The translations under genes and the position numbers were made by a program. Below are positions 56,859-64,000 of a stretch of DNA of 64,000 nt, piece after piece. The DNA lies in NCBI GenBank assembly GCA_964384235.1, contig CAYLJX010000004.1, forward strand, positions 15,916-79,915, given 5' to 3'. A model generated the notes under the pieces. The model had not been told where the DNA came from. It saw nothing but the letters and a program-made list of their open reading frames with translations, and made no database searches. Position 1 is the stretch's first letter. Each line of letters starts with the position of its first letter. This DNA is from an uncultured Bdellovibrionales bacterium (GTDB taxonomy: Bacteria > Patescibacteriota > Minisyncoccia > Moranbacterales > UBA1568).

Positions 56859-57554
56859 TCAGAAATACTCTCGGATCAGACGGTACTCGTCTTCACGCTC
56901 GGGATGGACGACGAGTTCGACCGTTCCAGCGGGAACCGTCTCGAAAAAACGCTTCGGATCGGAAAGCCAATCGAGACTCATCATATAGTCGGAAGTAGGA
57001 AGCGGCATCTTTGCATGCATATCCCGTGTGCGTCGCCACAGGACTGAGAGAATTCTTCCTACGAAAGTATTCGTGTGATTGAACATGCCCTGCCGTCCGA
57101 ACCGCACATATCCTATGCCGTATTGCTCCGCCAGCCCGAGAAACACGCGAAAGAATTTCGGAAAGTAATGGATATGCTCATGGGAGTTCAATCCGTCCGG
57201 CAGACGGCCGAAGAGTTCGCGGAAACGCTCTATCTGTACCTGCCACTGCTCTTCGGCGTGCCGAGCCGTCACCTGACCGGTGAGATAGCGCCAGGTAAAA
57301 CTCATGCCACGGAAAAAAGCGCTCCCCCGGACGTTCGTTCCGCTCTTCAGGAAATCGATGAGTTCCAGATGGAGATCGATCTTGACGCCTGTCTCGAGGA
57401 GATCAGCCGCCTCTTCGGGTGTCGTGAAATGGATGAGCACCGCCACACGGTCCAGTTTTCCTTCGCGAGCCAAATGCAAAATCGGCCGGGAAGTCTCCCG
57501 GATACCGTAATCGTCCGCCGTAAGGATGAGTTTGGAACGGATGTCTGCTGTCAT
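56859..57554 (-). CDS. ChbG/YdjC-family carbohydrate deacetylase
   Basis: LILTADDYGIRETSRPILHLAREGKLDRVAVL matches the YdjC N-terminal metal site. 231 aa. Confidence 0.75.
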   Translation of the reverse strand: MTADIRSKLILTADDYGIRETSRPILHLAREGKLDRVAVLIHFTTPEEAADLLETGVKIDLHLELIDFLKSGTNVRGSAFFRGMSFTWRYLTGQVTARHAEEQWQVQIERFRELFGRLPDGLNSHEHIHYFPKFFRVFLGLAEQYGIGYVRFGRQGMFNHTNTFVGRILSVLWRRTRDMHAKMPLPTSDYMMSLDWLSDPKRFFETVPAGTVELVVHPEREDEYRLIREYF

Positions 57555-57871
57555 GAGGTAAACGTTACCCTCCCATTCTCTATCCTTACTCCCTCCTTGG
57601 CAAGACGGCGTGCCTTTTCTGTGGAACCACCGCGATTGTACTCGCCGATACGCCCGTCAGACCGGACGACCCGGTGACACGGCACCGATTCGTCGAAGTT
57701 GTCCCTCATGACGGTCCCGACGGCGCGGGCCGCTCCGGGAAAACCGGCGCGCTTCGCGACTTCTCCATAGGAGAGTGTTTGGCCGCGTGGAATCTTTCGC
57801 ACGGTATCCCGCACTGCTTCCGCGAAATCCTTCTTATTCAGTTTTTTGATATGACTTTTCATATTTTCCAC
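57551..57871 (-). CDS. MGMT-family protein (O6-alkylguanine-DNA alkyltransferase DNA-binding/active-site domain only)
   Basis: 106 aa with VPCHRVVRSDGRIGEY (active-site Cys retained) and the HTH region. 4-nt overlap with the ydjC-like gene. Confidence 0.75.
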   Translation of the reverse strand: MENMKSHIKKLNKKDFAEAVRDTVRKIPRGQTLSYGEVAKRAGFPGAARAVGTVMRDNFDESVPCHRVVRSDGRIGEYNRGGSTEKARRLAKEGVRIENGRVTFTS

Positions 57872-58018
57872 TTCAATATACGTAATACAACAGTATCATA
57901 CGGTTTTTCCGTTTGTACATAATTTCTAACGACCGCGACAAATTATGTACAGGCTTCAAGAAACAAAAAACAAAAGAGGACTCCCTCTGAAGGAAGTCCT
58001 CTTTGAAGACCTGGCTTG

Positions 58019-58870
58019 CTAATTGGTCGTTTCGGTCTCACCGAAAGCCTTCTTGAGCTCAGCTCGGGCGGCTGCGACCGTCACCTTGAAGTCATCGAGT
58101 GCCTTCTTGACAGCCGTGCGGCGCGTCTCGGCGAGCTTCTTCACCTGCTCCCCGACCTTCTCGGCATCCTGCCGATCGGCATTGAGCGTCTTTCGGGCGG
58201 ACTCGAGACTGGACTTGAACGTCGAACGGACAGTCTCGGGGTCGGTACCGGCCTCACAGTCGGACTTGGCCTTGGCGATGGCCGCATCGACCGCCGTCTT
58301 GAACTTGTCGGCGGCACTCTCCATCGAAGACTTGCGACCGGAGATGGCACTGTCTACGCCGGTCCGGAACGCAGCGATCGCCGCGTCCACGGCGGCACGC
58401 CTCGTTTCCACCGCCTTGTCGACGGTTTCCTTGAATTTCGCTACGGCAGCCTTTTGCTCATCGGTCGTCGCTTTCTCATCAAGCTTGGTATACCATCCGC
58501 TCCGCCTGGAGTCCTGATTGTCGCGCTTTTCCTCAAGCTTGCCGGTGCGCTCCTCGCGACGCTCTCCGATCTTGGCGACACGCTCCGTCTTGCGCTCCTC
58601 GAACTTGGTGTGCTTCTCACTGAGCTTCTCGGAGATGTTGGCCGCGTGTTCGGTGAAACGGGTACAGAACGCTTCCTGGCGTTTCTCCTGGCGCTCCGCC
58701 ATCCTCTCCTCTTTCTTTTCCTGGAATTCCGCCATGCGCTCCTGCTGCTTGGCTTTGACCGCCTCGGCACGCTCCTTGGCATCCGTGGCCCAATTGGCCG
58801 ATGCGGTTCCCGGCACGAGCATCACCCCGACACCGAGCACGGCAAAAAACTTATAGGCTGTTTTCATCAT
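58019..58870 (-). CDS. secreted alpha-helical coiled-coil protein, hypothetical
   Basis: Signal peptide MMKTAYKFFAVLGVGVMLVPGTASA followed by 250 aa of K/E/A-rich heptads. Confidence 0.55.
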   Translation of the reverse strand: MMKTAYKFFAVLGVGVMLVPGTASANWATDAKERAEAVKAKQQERMAEFQEKKEERMAERQEKRQEAFCTRFTEHAANISEKLSEKHTKFEERKTERVAKIGERREERTGKLEEKRDNQDSRRSGWYTKLDEKATTDEQKAAVAKFKETVDKAVETRRAAVDAAIAAFRTGVDSAISGRKSSMESAADKFKTAVDAAIAKAKSDCEAGTDPETVRSTFKSSLESARKTLNADRQDAEKVGEQVKKLAETRRTAVKKALDDFKVTVAAARAELKKAFGETETTN

Positions 58871-59195
58871 AAGAATTTCCTAAATCATTAACACTCTCGC
58901 TGTCGCTCTCGATATCGGACATTTCTCCGGCCTCCTCGTCATCGAGCGCCGAACCGTCAGCAGCCGCCTGCGCCTCGATGTTGGCAGCGACCTCGTCGAT
59001 GTTCTTCGGTTCCGGATTCTGGACCGGCGTCTGGGAAGCACCCGAAGGCATCGTCTGTTTCTTCATGGGAGCGGTCTGGGTTACCGGATTCGCAACTCCC
59101 CGCTCCGGCATCGTGAATTGTCGATAGACCAACACGAACGCCAGCACGGCTACAGCCACGCCAGCCACCACTCCTATGGCTTGTTTTTGTGACAT
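58851..59195 (-). CDS. membrane-anchored hypothetical protein with acidic C-terminus
   Basis: 114 aa. One TM helix (AIGVVAGVAVAVLAFVLVY) followed by a Pro/Gln-rich then acidic tail. Confidence 0.4.
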   Translation of the reverse strand: MSQKQAIGVVAGVAVAVLAFVLVYRQFTMPERGVANPVTQTAPMKKQTMPSGASQTPVQNPEPKNIDEVAANIEAQAAADGSALDDEEAGEMSDIESDSESVNDLGNSYDENSL

Positions 59196-59410
59196 ATCTT
59201 AAAAATGATTACGTTTGTTTAGTACGGGGGACGACCCTTTCCTCCCTGTTCGTACAGTATACCACACGATTTTTTTCCTTTTCTGAAGCGTTTTTATACC
59301 ATATTGACAAATTCTGTAGGAGGAGTATGCTCGCGGCAGAGGGGGCGGTGCCCCTTTTGTGTTTGTGTATTACAGGTCCTTAAAAACCTGGCAGCTTATG
59401 GAGGTTCGAA

Positions 59411-59761
59411 ATGAAACTGCGACTCTGCCAAACTCTCCCATCCCCTGAAGTTCCTCCCTTGCGGAGATTCGTCAGGAAATTCCACCTCAAGATCATTCCG
59501 CCAAGCATTGAACCGGGTCCCGCCCGACACTCCTGTTGGGAAGACGATATCATGGGTTTCGATGAGAACGATGCCATCATCAGAGGTATCGCCATCTGGA
59601 TCATGCAACAATACGGCGAAATAAGGCTCAGCCTGCGGCGCAATGACCGAACCGTGACAAAGCTTGGGTTCGCAAAAGAAGGACTCCCGGATGGAACGGT
59701 ATTCGACTGCCGACCGATCGGAATGTTGGAAATCCCGAAACTTGTCCTGGTACGGAACTAG
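59411..59761 (+). CDS. hypothetical protein
   Basis: GGAGG RBS sits 6 nt upstream of the ATG. Convergent with uvrB, and a hairpin plus T-run (59812-59847) lies downstream. The competing minus-strand ORF 59396-59860 would span that terminator. Confidence 0.4.
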   Translation: MKLRLCQTLPSPEVPPLRRFVRKFHLKIIPPSIEPGPARHSCWEDDIMGFDENDAIIRGIAIWIMQQYGEIRLSLRRNDRTVTKLGFAKEGLPDGTVFDCRPIGMLEIPKLVLVRN

Positions 59762-59866
59762 AACCGAACCAGAGGAGGAGACATCATGACCCCTCAACCC
59801 CAATACAGTAAGGCCCGAGTCCGCCAAAGAGCAGACCGGGCCTTTTTCTTCATCCTTCAAAATTTT

Positions 59867-61906
59867 TCAACCCCGTTTGCGGTGCGAACGTTTGCCGCCG
59901 AGACTTTCCTCCAGTGCGCGGATCTCATCGCGCAGGATAGCGGCCGTCTCGAAATCGAGCACTTTGACCGCCGCCTGCATCTCCTTTTCCTTCAGACGGA
60001 TGAGTTTCTGCGGATCCTTAGCAAAGATCTCCTGGTCCAGGACGACATTGGCACGAACCGCCTTGTCATGCTCGCTCTCGAGATGCTCGGTGATATCGTG
60101 GATGTTCTTCTTGATCGTCTGCGGCGTGATGCCGTGTTCTTGGTTGTATGCCATCTGAAGCGCCCGACGACGATTGGTCTCGTCGAGGGCATAGCGCATC
60201 GATCCGGTGACCGAATCGGCATAGAGTGTCACCCGTCCGGCGACGTTTCGCGCGGCGCGGCCGATGATCTGGATGAGTGACGTCTCGGAACGGAGAAACC
60301 CTTCCTTGTCCGCGTCGAGGATCCCGATGAAGGACACTTCCGGCAGGTCCAGTCCCTCGCGCAAGAGATTGACGCCGACGAGACAGTCGAATTCGCCCTT
60401 GCGGAAGGCGGTGAGGATCTTGATCCGTTCGATCGTCTTGATATCGCTGTGGAGGTACTCGGCTTTGAGATGTTTTTCCTTAAGATAGGTGCTCAGGTCT
60501 TCGGCCATCTTCTTGGTGAGCGTCGTCGCAATGACACGACCACCCTTTTGTATTTCCCGTTCTGCTTCCGCGATGAAGTCCTGGATCTGACCAGGATACA
60601 CTCCCTGTTCACGGATGGGGCGTACCACGACCTCCGGATCGAGGAGTCCCGTCGGACGGATGACTTGTTCGACGATCCGTGTGCTCGTTTCACGCTCCTC
60701 TTGTGAAGGCGTCGCCGAAGTGAAAACTATCTGTCCCACCCGCTCGACGAATTCCTCATAGCGGAGCGGCCGGTTGTCGAGAGCGCTCGGCAGGCGGAAT
60801 CCGTACTCGACAAGCGTCTTCTTGCGCGACTGATCGCCGGCATACATGCCCCGAAGCTGCGGCAGCGTCACGTGCGACTCGTCGATGACCGTGAGAAAAT
60901 CCGGCCGACCGTCGCTCGTGTGCGGGAAGTAGGAGAGAAGCGTCTCGGGAGGATCGCCCTGGTTCTTTCCGGAGAGGTGACGGGAATAGTTTTCGATACC
61001 GTTGCAGTAGCCGATCTCCTGGATCATGGCGAGGTCATAGTTGGTGCGACGCTTGAGGCGCTCGACTTCGAGGATCTTGCCTTCGGCTTCCAGAACCTTG
61101 AGCCGTTCGTCGAGCTCGAGACGGATCGATAGGATGGCGCGTTCCTGCTCGGCCTTGTCCGTGATGAAGTGCTTGGCCGGGAAGAGAAAGACGTTCTCGA
61201 GCGTGCCAAGGATCTTCTGTGAGACAGGATCGATCTTGGTGATCATCCCCAACTTTCCACCGACGATCTCGAGGAGGTAGATGAACTTCTCCGAGACCGG
61301 CATGATCTCGATACGGTTGCCGAGACTGCGGAACTGACCAGGACTGAGATCCGCATTGGTGCGCTCGAAGAAAATGGAGACAAGCTTGTGCAGGAGTTCA
61401 GTGCGCGAGCACGCCATCCCGACCTCGAGGTGAAGGTTTTCCTTCTTGTATTCCTCCGGGCTCCCCAATCCGTAGATGCACGACACCGACGCGACGATAA
61501 TGACATCCTGACGCGTGAGCAGGGACTGCGTGGAGGCGTGCCGCAACCGGTCGATCTCCTCGTTGATGGCGGCGTCCTTCTCGATGTAAGTATCGGTCAC
61601 GGGGAGATAGGCTTCCGGCTGGTAGTAGTCGTAGTAGGAGACGAAGTAGTGCACGGCATGATCGGGAAAGAATTCCTGGTACTCCTGGGCGAGCTGGGCG
61701 GCGAGCGTCTTGTTGTGAGCGATGACGAGGGTCGGTTTACCGACGGCCACGATGACATTGGCCATGGTGAACGTCTTGCCGGAGCCAGTGACACCGAGAA
61801 GTGTCTGACGCGGCTCGCCTTTCTTCAGGCCGTCGACGAGCGACGCGATCGCCTGAGGCTGATCACCAGAAGGACTGAACTTGTTGTGAAGATTAAACAC
61901 GGACAT
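59867..61906 (-). CDS. uvrB: excinuclease ABC subunit B
   Basis: 679 aa. GDQPQAI, Walker A GVTGSGKTFT, the helicase motifs and the C-terminal UVR domain are present. Confidence 0.9.
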   Translation of the reverse strand: MSVFNLHNKFSPSGDQPQAIASLVDGLKKGEPRQTLLGVTGSGKTFTMANVIVAVGKPTLVIAHNKTLAAQLAQEYQEFFPDHAVHYFVSYYDYYQPEAYLPVTDTYIEKDAAINEEIDRLRHASTQSLLTRQDVIIVASVSCIYGLGSPEEYKKENLHLEVGMACSRTELLHKLVSIFFERTNADLSPGQFRSLGNRIEIMPVSEKFIYLLEIVGGKLGMITKIDPVSQKILGTLENVFLFPAKHFITDKAEQERAILSIRLELDERLKVLEAEGKILEVERLKRRTNYDLAMIQEIGYCNGIENYSRHLSGKNQGDPPETLLSYFPHTSDGRPDFLTVIDESHVTLPQLRGMYAGDQSRKKTLVEYGFRLPSALDNRPLRYEEFVERVGQIVFTSATPSQEERETSTRIVEQVIRPTGLLDPEVVVRPIREQGVYPGQIQDFIAEAEREIQKGGRVIATTLTKKMAEDLSTYLKEKHLKAEYLHSDIKTIERIKILTAFRKGEFDCLVGVNLLREGLDLPEVSFIGILDADKEGFLRSETSLIQIIGRAARNVAGRVTLYADSVTGSMRYALDETNRRRALQMAYNQEHGITPQTIKKNIHDITEHLESEHDKAVRANVVLDQEIFAKDPQKLIRLKEKEMQAAVKVLDFETAAILRDEIRALEESLGGKRSHRKRG

Positions 61907-62104
61907 AGCAGTTTCAATTGTTCCTTAGCTGCTCTCGCCCCGCACCAATGCGAAGCATTCGGTGCTGGGGTCGCCAGAAGGCTTGAATTTTCCACTGAGA
62001 GTAAAAACAGACATAACTGGTATTACCCGCGGGGCAAGCCCCGCTCCCAATCCCCACGCGGCAAGCCGCGGGGTATCGACCCGATTTTACCTGCGCTCCG
62101 CTCG

Positions 62105-62128
62105 GAAACGAAAGCATGCTTTCGTTTC
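62105..62128. promoter_or_regulatory. perfect 24-bp palindrome GAAACGAAAGCA|TGCTTTCGTTTC in the uvrB / ICMT divergent promoter region
   Basis: Read directly from the sequence. Lies 28 nt upstream of a TATACT -10 (62157-62162) for the plus-strand gene, and about 200 nt upstream of uvrB. Neither side has a U-tract, so it is not a terminator. Confidence 0.5.
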
Positions 62129-62171
62129 GCTCGCTACGCTTGGTAATGAAAAATGATATACTATTGGATAT

Positions 62172-62615
62172 ATGCGCTCCCCTATCCTTTCATTTTCGCT
62201 CGTCGGTGTCCAGTTCGCGACGTTCCTGTATCTCCTCCTGACGATCCCTCTTCCTTTTGCTTCGATGGGTGCTTTGGCGTTATTCGTCGCGGGTGTGGTT
62301 GTGAGTCTCTCCGGCGTCTACGCCATACGCAAGAGCCGTTTCTCGATCATCCCCGACGTGGCCCGAGGCGCGACCCTCGTCACGAGCGGTCCTTACCAGC
62401 TTATCCGCCATCCGATGTACTCGGGCGTGCTGCTCTCCGCACTCGGACTCCTCATCGCGTCGCCGATCATGCCGCGCCTCGTCACCTTTGCGATCCTCCT
62501 CATCAATCTCAATATCAAATACCGTTACGAGGAGCGCCTCCTCTCACAGGCCTTCCCCAAGGAATACCCCGCCTATCGGAAGCGTACCAAAGCGCTCATT
62601 CCTTTTCTTTACTAG
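62172..62615 (+). CDS. isoprenylcysteine carboxyl methyltransferase (ICMT/PEMT-family) membrane methyltransferase
   Basis: 147 aa, multi-TM, with the GPYQLIRHPMYSG signature. Confidence 0.75.
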   Translation: MRSPILSFSLVGVQFATFLYLLLTIPLPFASMGALALFVAGVVVSLSGVYAIRKSRFSIIPDVARGATLVTSGPYQLIRHPMYSGVLLSALGLLIASPIMPRLVTFAILLINLNIKYRYEERLLSQAFPKEYPAYRKRTKALIPFLY

Positions 62616-63306
62616 AAAGCCGGTCCAGGAACTTCCGGCACTGTGCCCCGCAGTAACGCATGAACCGTTGCCCGCGGCCGCGATGCATATACAGGAAGAA
62701 CAGGAAAGCGACGATGCCGATCGCCACGGCGATATCGGCTCCGAATTTCAGCGGCATGAGCGTGTGCCAGAGCTTGCGAAGTGACGCGAGACCGGCATAC
62801 CCGGCGTAGATATAGAAAAGGTCCTTCACAAAATTGCCGGCATACGTCGCCACGAGGAATATCCGCAGGTCGAGCTTGATGATACCGGCGGCAAGGGAGA
62901 CCGGGGTCGTCGGGACGAAGGGAATGACCCGCAGGAAAAACAGGAGACCGCCGTCCTTCCAGTGATGTCCCTGAAACCGCTTCCCGATGCTCTCGATCTC
63001 CTTGTGCGTGACGCCCAGGAACCGGCCGATCCGACCGATGAGCAGGTCCTCGAGCTTGTCACCGAGGAAATAGTAGAGCCAGGCGCCGAGCGTCTTGCCG
63101 ATATTGCCGAAAGCAGCCAGAAAGACGAGGAACCAGAGCGGCTCACCGTGCATGAGCGCAAGCGACCCGGCCGTCCCCATGATGAGGGCCGAGGGAATGG
63201 GACTCACCACCTCCTCAAAGAACGATCCGAAAAACACGAACCATTCGAGCGGCATCTGCAGGGCGGCATCCCTCACGAAATGTTCGATGGCCTTGAAGAA
63301 ATGCAT
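62596..63306 (-). CDS. DedA-family membrane protein
   Basis: 236 aa with the DedA pattern (FFGSFFEEVVSPIP, GRFIP-like VIPFVPTTPVSLAAG). Confidence 0.75.
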   Translation of the reverse strand: MHFFKAIEHFVRDAALQMPLEWFVFFGSFFEEVVSPIPSALIMGTAGSLALMHGEPLWFLVFLAAFGNIGKTLGAWLYYFLGDKLEDLLIGRIGRFLGVTHKEIESIGKRFQGHHWKDGGLLFFLRVIPFVPTTPVSLAAGIIKLDLRIFLVATYAGNFVKDLFYIYAGYAGLASLRKLWHTLMPLKFGADIAVAIGIVAFLFFLYMHRGRGQRFMRYCGAQCRKFLDRLSSKEKE

Positions 63307-63809
63307 CAGCGGAGCATTGCCTTACCGAATCCGACTGAAAACCGTTTGCACCAGATCCAGACTTCGTCGTACTGTGTGACATCGATGCTTGACGGTACCG
63401 CGTAGTTCTGTCCGCCCGAGTTCCCTTTGAGCGGCGCGAGCAACCCCTCCGATCGATACTCTCCGGCCCTACCGAAAGACACGTAGAGGTCCGGTCCGTT
63501 GGTCACGTCAAAATCGTCATCAAGACGGACAAAGTATTTCTCCCCGTCCCGGACCAGGAGCGCCGTCCCCTTGGCACTGTGCGCTCCCACCCCTTCGAAG
63601 CTTCCTCGTTTGAGGATTTCGGGTTCGGCCGCTTTCGACATGACCGATTCCGCAGGCATAGACGTTTCCGTCGCAGGCAGAGCGTTCTGCTGTAAGACGA
63701 TGTCTTCAAGCTTCTCCGATGCTTTCTTCTGCGTGAAAAACGGATGAAAGAAATACGCGAGCGCGGAGGCGATCAGCACTCCGACGACAATCACTATGGC
63801 TTTTTTCAT
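63306..63809 (-). CDS. DM13-domain protein, membrane-anchored
   Basis: N-terminal TM segment. GSFEGVGAHSAKGTALLVRDGEKYFVRLDDDFDVTNGPDLYVS matches the DM13 consensus. Confidence 0.6.
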   Translation of the reverse strand: MKKAIVIVVGVLIASALAYFFHPFFTQKKASEKLEDIVLQQNALPATETSMPAESVMSKAAEPEILKRGSFEGVGAHSAKGTALLVRDGEKYFVRLDDDFDVTNGPDLYVSFGRAGEYRSEGLLAPLKGNSGGQNYAVPSSIDVTQYDEVWIWCKRFSVGFGKAMLR

Positions 63810-63885
63810 ATTTTCAACGTGAAGTATTACATCCTCAGATGTACTACCATCATACCACTTTCTTTCTTCGGATTCCTTCCGACCG

Positions 63886-64000
63886 TCAATCTATGAACGT
63901 GAGCGCGTTGCCGGTCTTGTGGCCGCGGCCGGTCCGGCCGATGCGATGGACGTAGTCCTCGTAGTTTTCCGGAACGTCGTAGTTGATGACGTGCGTCACG
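63886..64000 (-). CDS. DEAD-box RNA helicase, partial (C-terminal end only; N-terminus beyond right window edge)
   Basis: The minus-strand translation ends ...[37 protein letters not shown], which carries motif [10 protein letters not shown]. Confidence 0.75.
   Translation of the reverse strand, partial: VTHVINYDVPENYEDYVHRIGRTGRGHKTGNALTFID

Noticed and set aside
59398-59412. GGTTCGAAAT, resembling a tRNA T-loop.
   Set aside because: It is the RBS and start region of gene 59411-59761. There is no acceptor-stem complement, D-arm or anticodon-arm structure around it. No other T-loop-like GTTCGAATC/GTTCAAATC strings were found in the window.
59396-59860. Minus-strand 154-aa ORF competing with plus-strand gene 59411-59761.
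   Set aside because: It would begin inside the hairpin and T-run downstream of uvrB and has no RBS. The plus-strand ORF has GGAGG and a downstream terminator. The call remains low confidence either way.
59786-60280. Plus-strand ORF with a strong AGGAGGAG RBS and ATG at 59786.
   Set aside because: After 27 codons it runs antisense through 414 nt of the uvrB 3-prime end. A hairpin plus T-run at 59812-59847 lies inside it. The good RBS is noted, but a real 164-aa gene is unlikely.
696-62146. Many long ORFs in the six-frame track that run antisense to or overlap well-supported genes (for example 696-1958 plus, 2455-4005 plus, 7473-8495 plus, 9596-10525 plus, 10594-12408 plus, 12345-13667 plus, 14131-15234 plus, 17990-19255 plus, 20068-20874 plus, 24791-25570 plus, 26312-27511 plus, 30598-31827 plus, 31852-33186 plus, 33555-35222 plus, 36330-37187 plus, 38291-39244 plus, 39692-40744 plus, 44249-45259 plus, 50224-50838 plus, 51039-51851 minus, 54164-55276 plus, 55355-56515 plus, 58016-58891 plus, 61388-62146 plus).
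   Set aside because: High GC content removes stop codons from non-coding frames. Each overlaps a gene whose translation matches a known family, and their products are Arg/Pro/Gly-rich low-complexity strings with no motifs.
1-64000. CRISPR arrays, rRNA/tRNA genes, transposases, integrases and prophage blocks.
   Set aside because: None were found. The repeats present have 7-bp or 21-27-bp units with no unique spacers. No IS-type terminal inverted repeats with a transposase ORF, and no phage structural genes, were seen.

Overview
This is a gene-dense, GC-rich (about 60%) segment of a bacterial chromosome. It has no rRNA, tRNA, CRISPR or transposase genes. About 65 of roughly 73 protein genes lie on the minus strand.

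The coding content is housekeeping:
- Four dTDP-L-rhamnose pathway genes (rmlA, partial, at the left edge; rmlD, rmlB, rmlC) are scattered among glyA, an MBL-fold hydrolase and a NUDIX hydrolase.
- A truncated division/cell-wall block mraZ-rsmH-ftsL-ftsI-murF is present, followed by pepA, rarA, acyP, xth, miaB-like and rlmN.
- A type IV pilus block (pilC, two prepilin-type proteins of 470 and 210 aa, a 469-aa pilus-associated protein, pilM, PilN/PilO-like) is present, with no pilus ATPase in the window.
- A complete nucleotide-excision-repair set uvrA-uvrC and uvrB is present, plus a second shorter uvrA paralog in an apparent operon with an MGMT-like alkyltransferase and a YdjC-type deacetylase.
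- Assorted stress genes are present (msrB, bcp, pirin, two VOC/glyoxalase proteins), together with many small membrane and hypothetical proteins.
- A DEAD-box helicase C-terminus sits at the right edge.

The gene content and the short, simple intergenic regions suggest a small-genome lineage, possibly Patescibacteria (candidate phyla radiation); this placement is low confidence.

The most unusual signal is a recurring architecture that no standard feature class explains. Arrays of tandem 7-bp repeats, each with a different unit (ATTCTTG, CAAAAGT, TTGTATY, TGCCTAY, GTKRGTA, TCCTRYY), occur at seven loci. They often form inverted array pairs flanking an 18-34 bp spacer in the gaps between co-directional genes. 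At two loci they run into coding sequence: one encodes a prepilin leader and one sits in frame inside uvrC.

Other leads:
- A phage Mu Gam (Ku-like) homolog with no prophage context.
- Perfect palindromes upstream of uvrA and uvrB.
- An orphan pol-beta nucleotidyltransferase.
- A 1109-aa secreted alpha/beta-hydrolase protein.
- A DUF1003 protein with eleven acidic heptad repeats.
- A 380-bp intergenic region carrying three copies of a TGTAACGGGG hairpin motif.

The ORF track translates alternative starts (TTG, GTG) as M, so several gene starts were re-placed at internal ATGs with RBS or homology support. All family assignments are from reading the translations; no database search was run.
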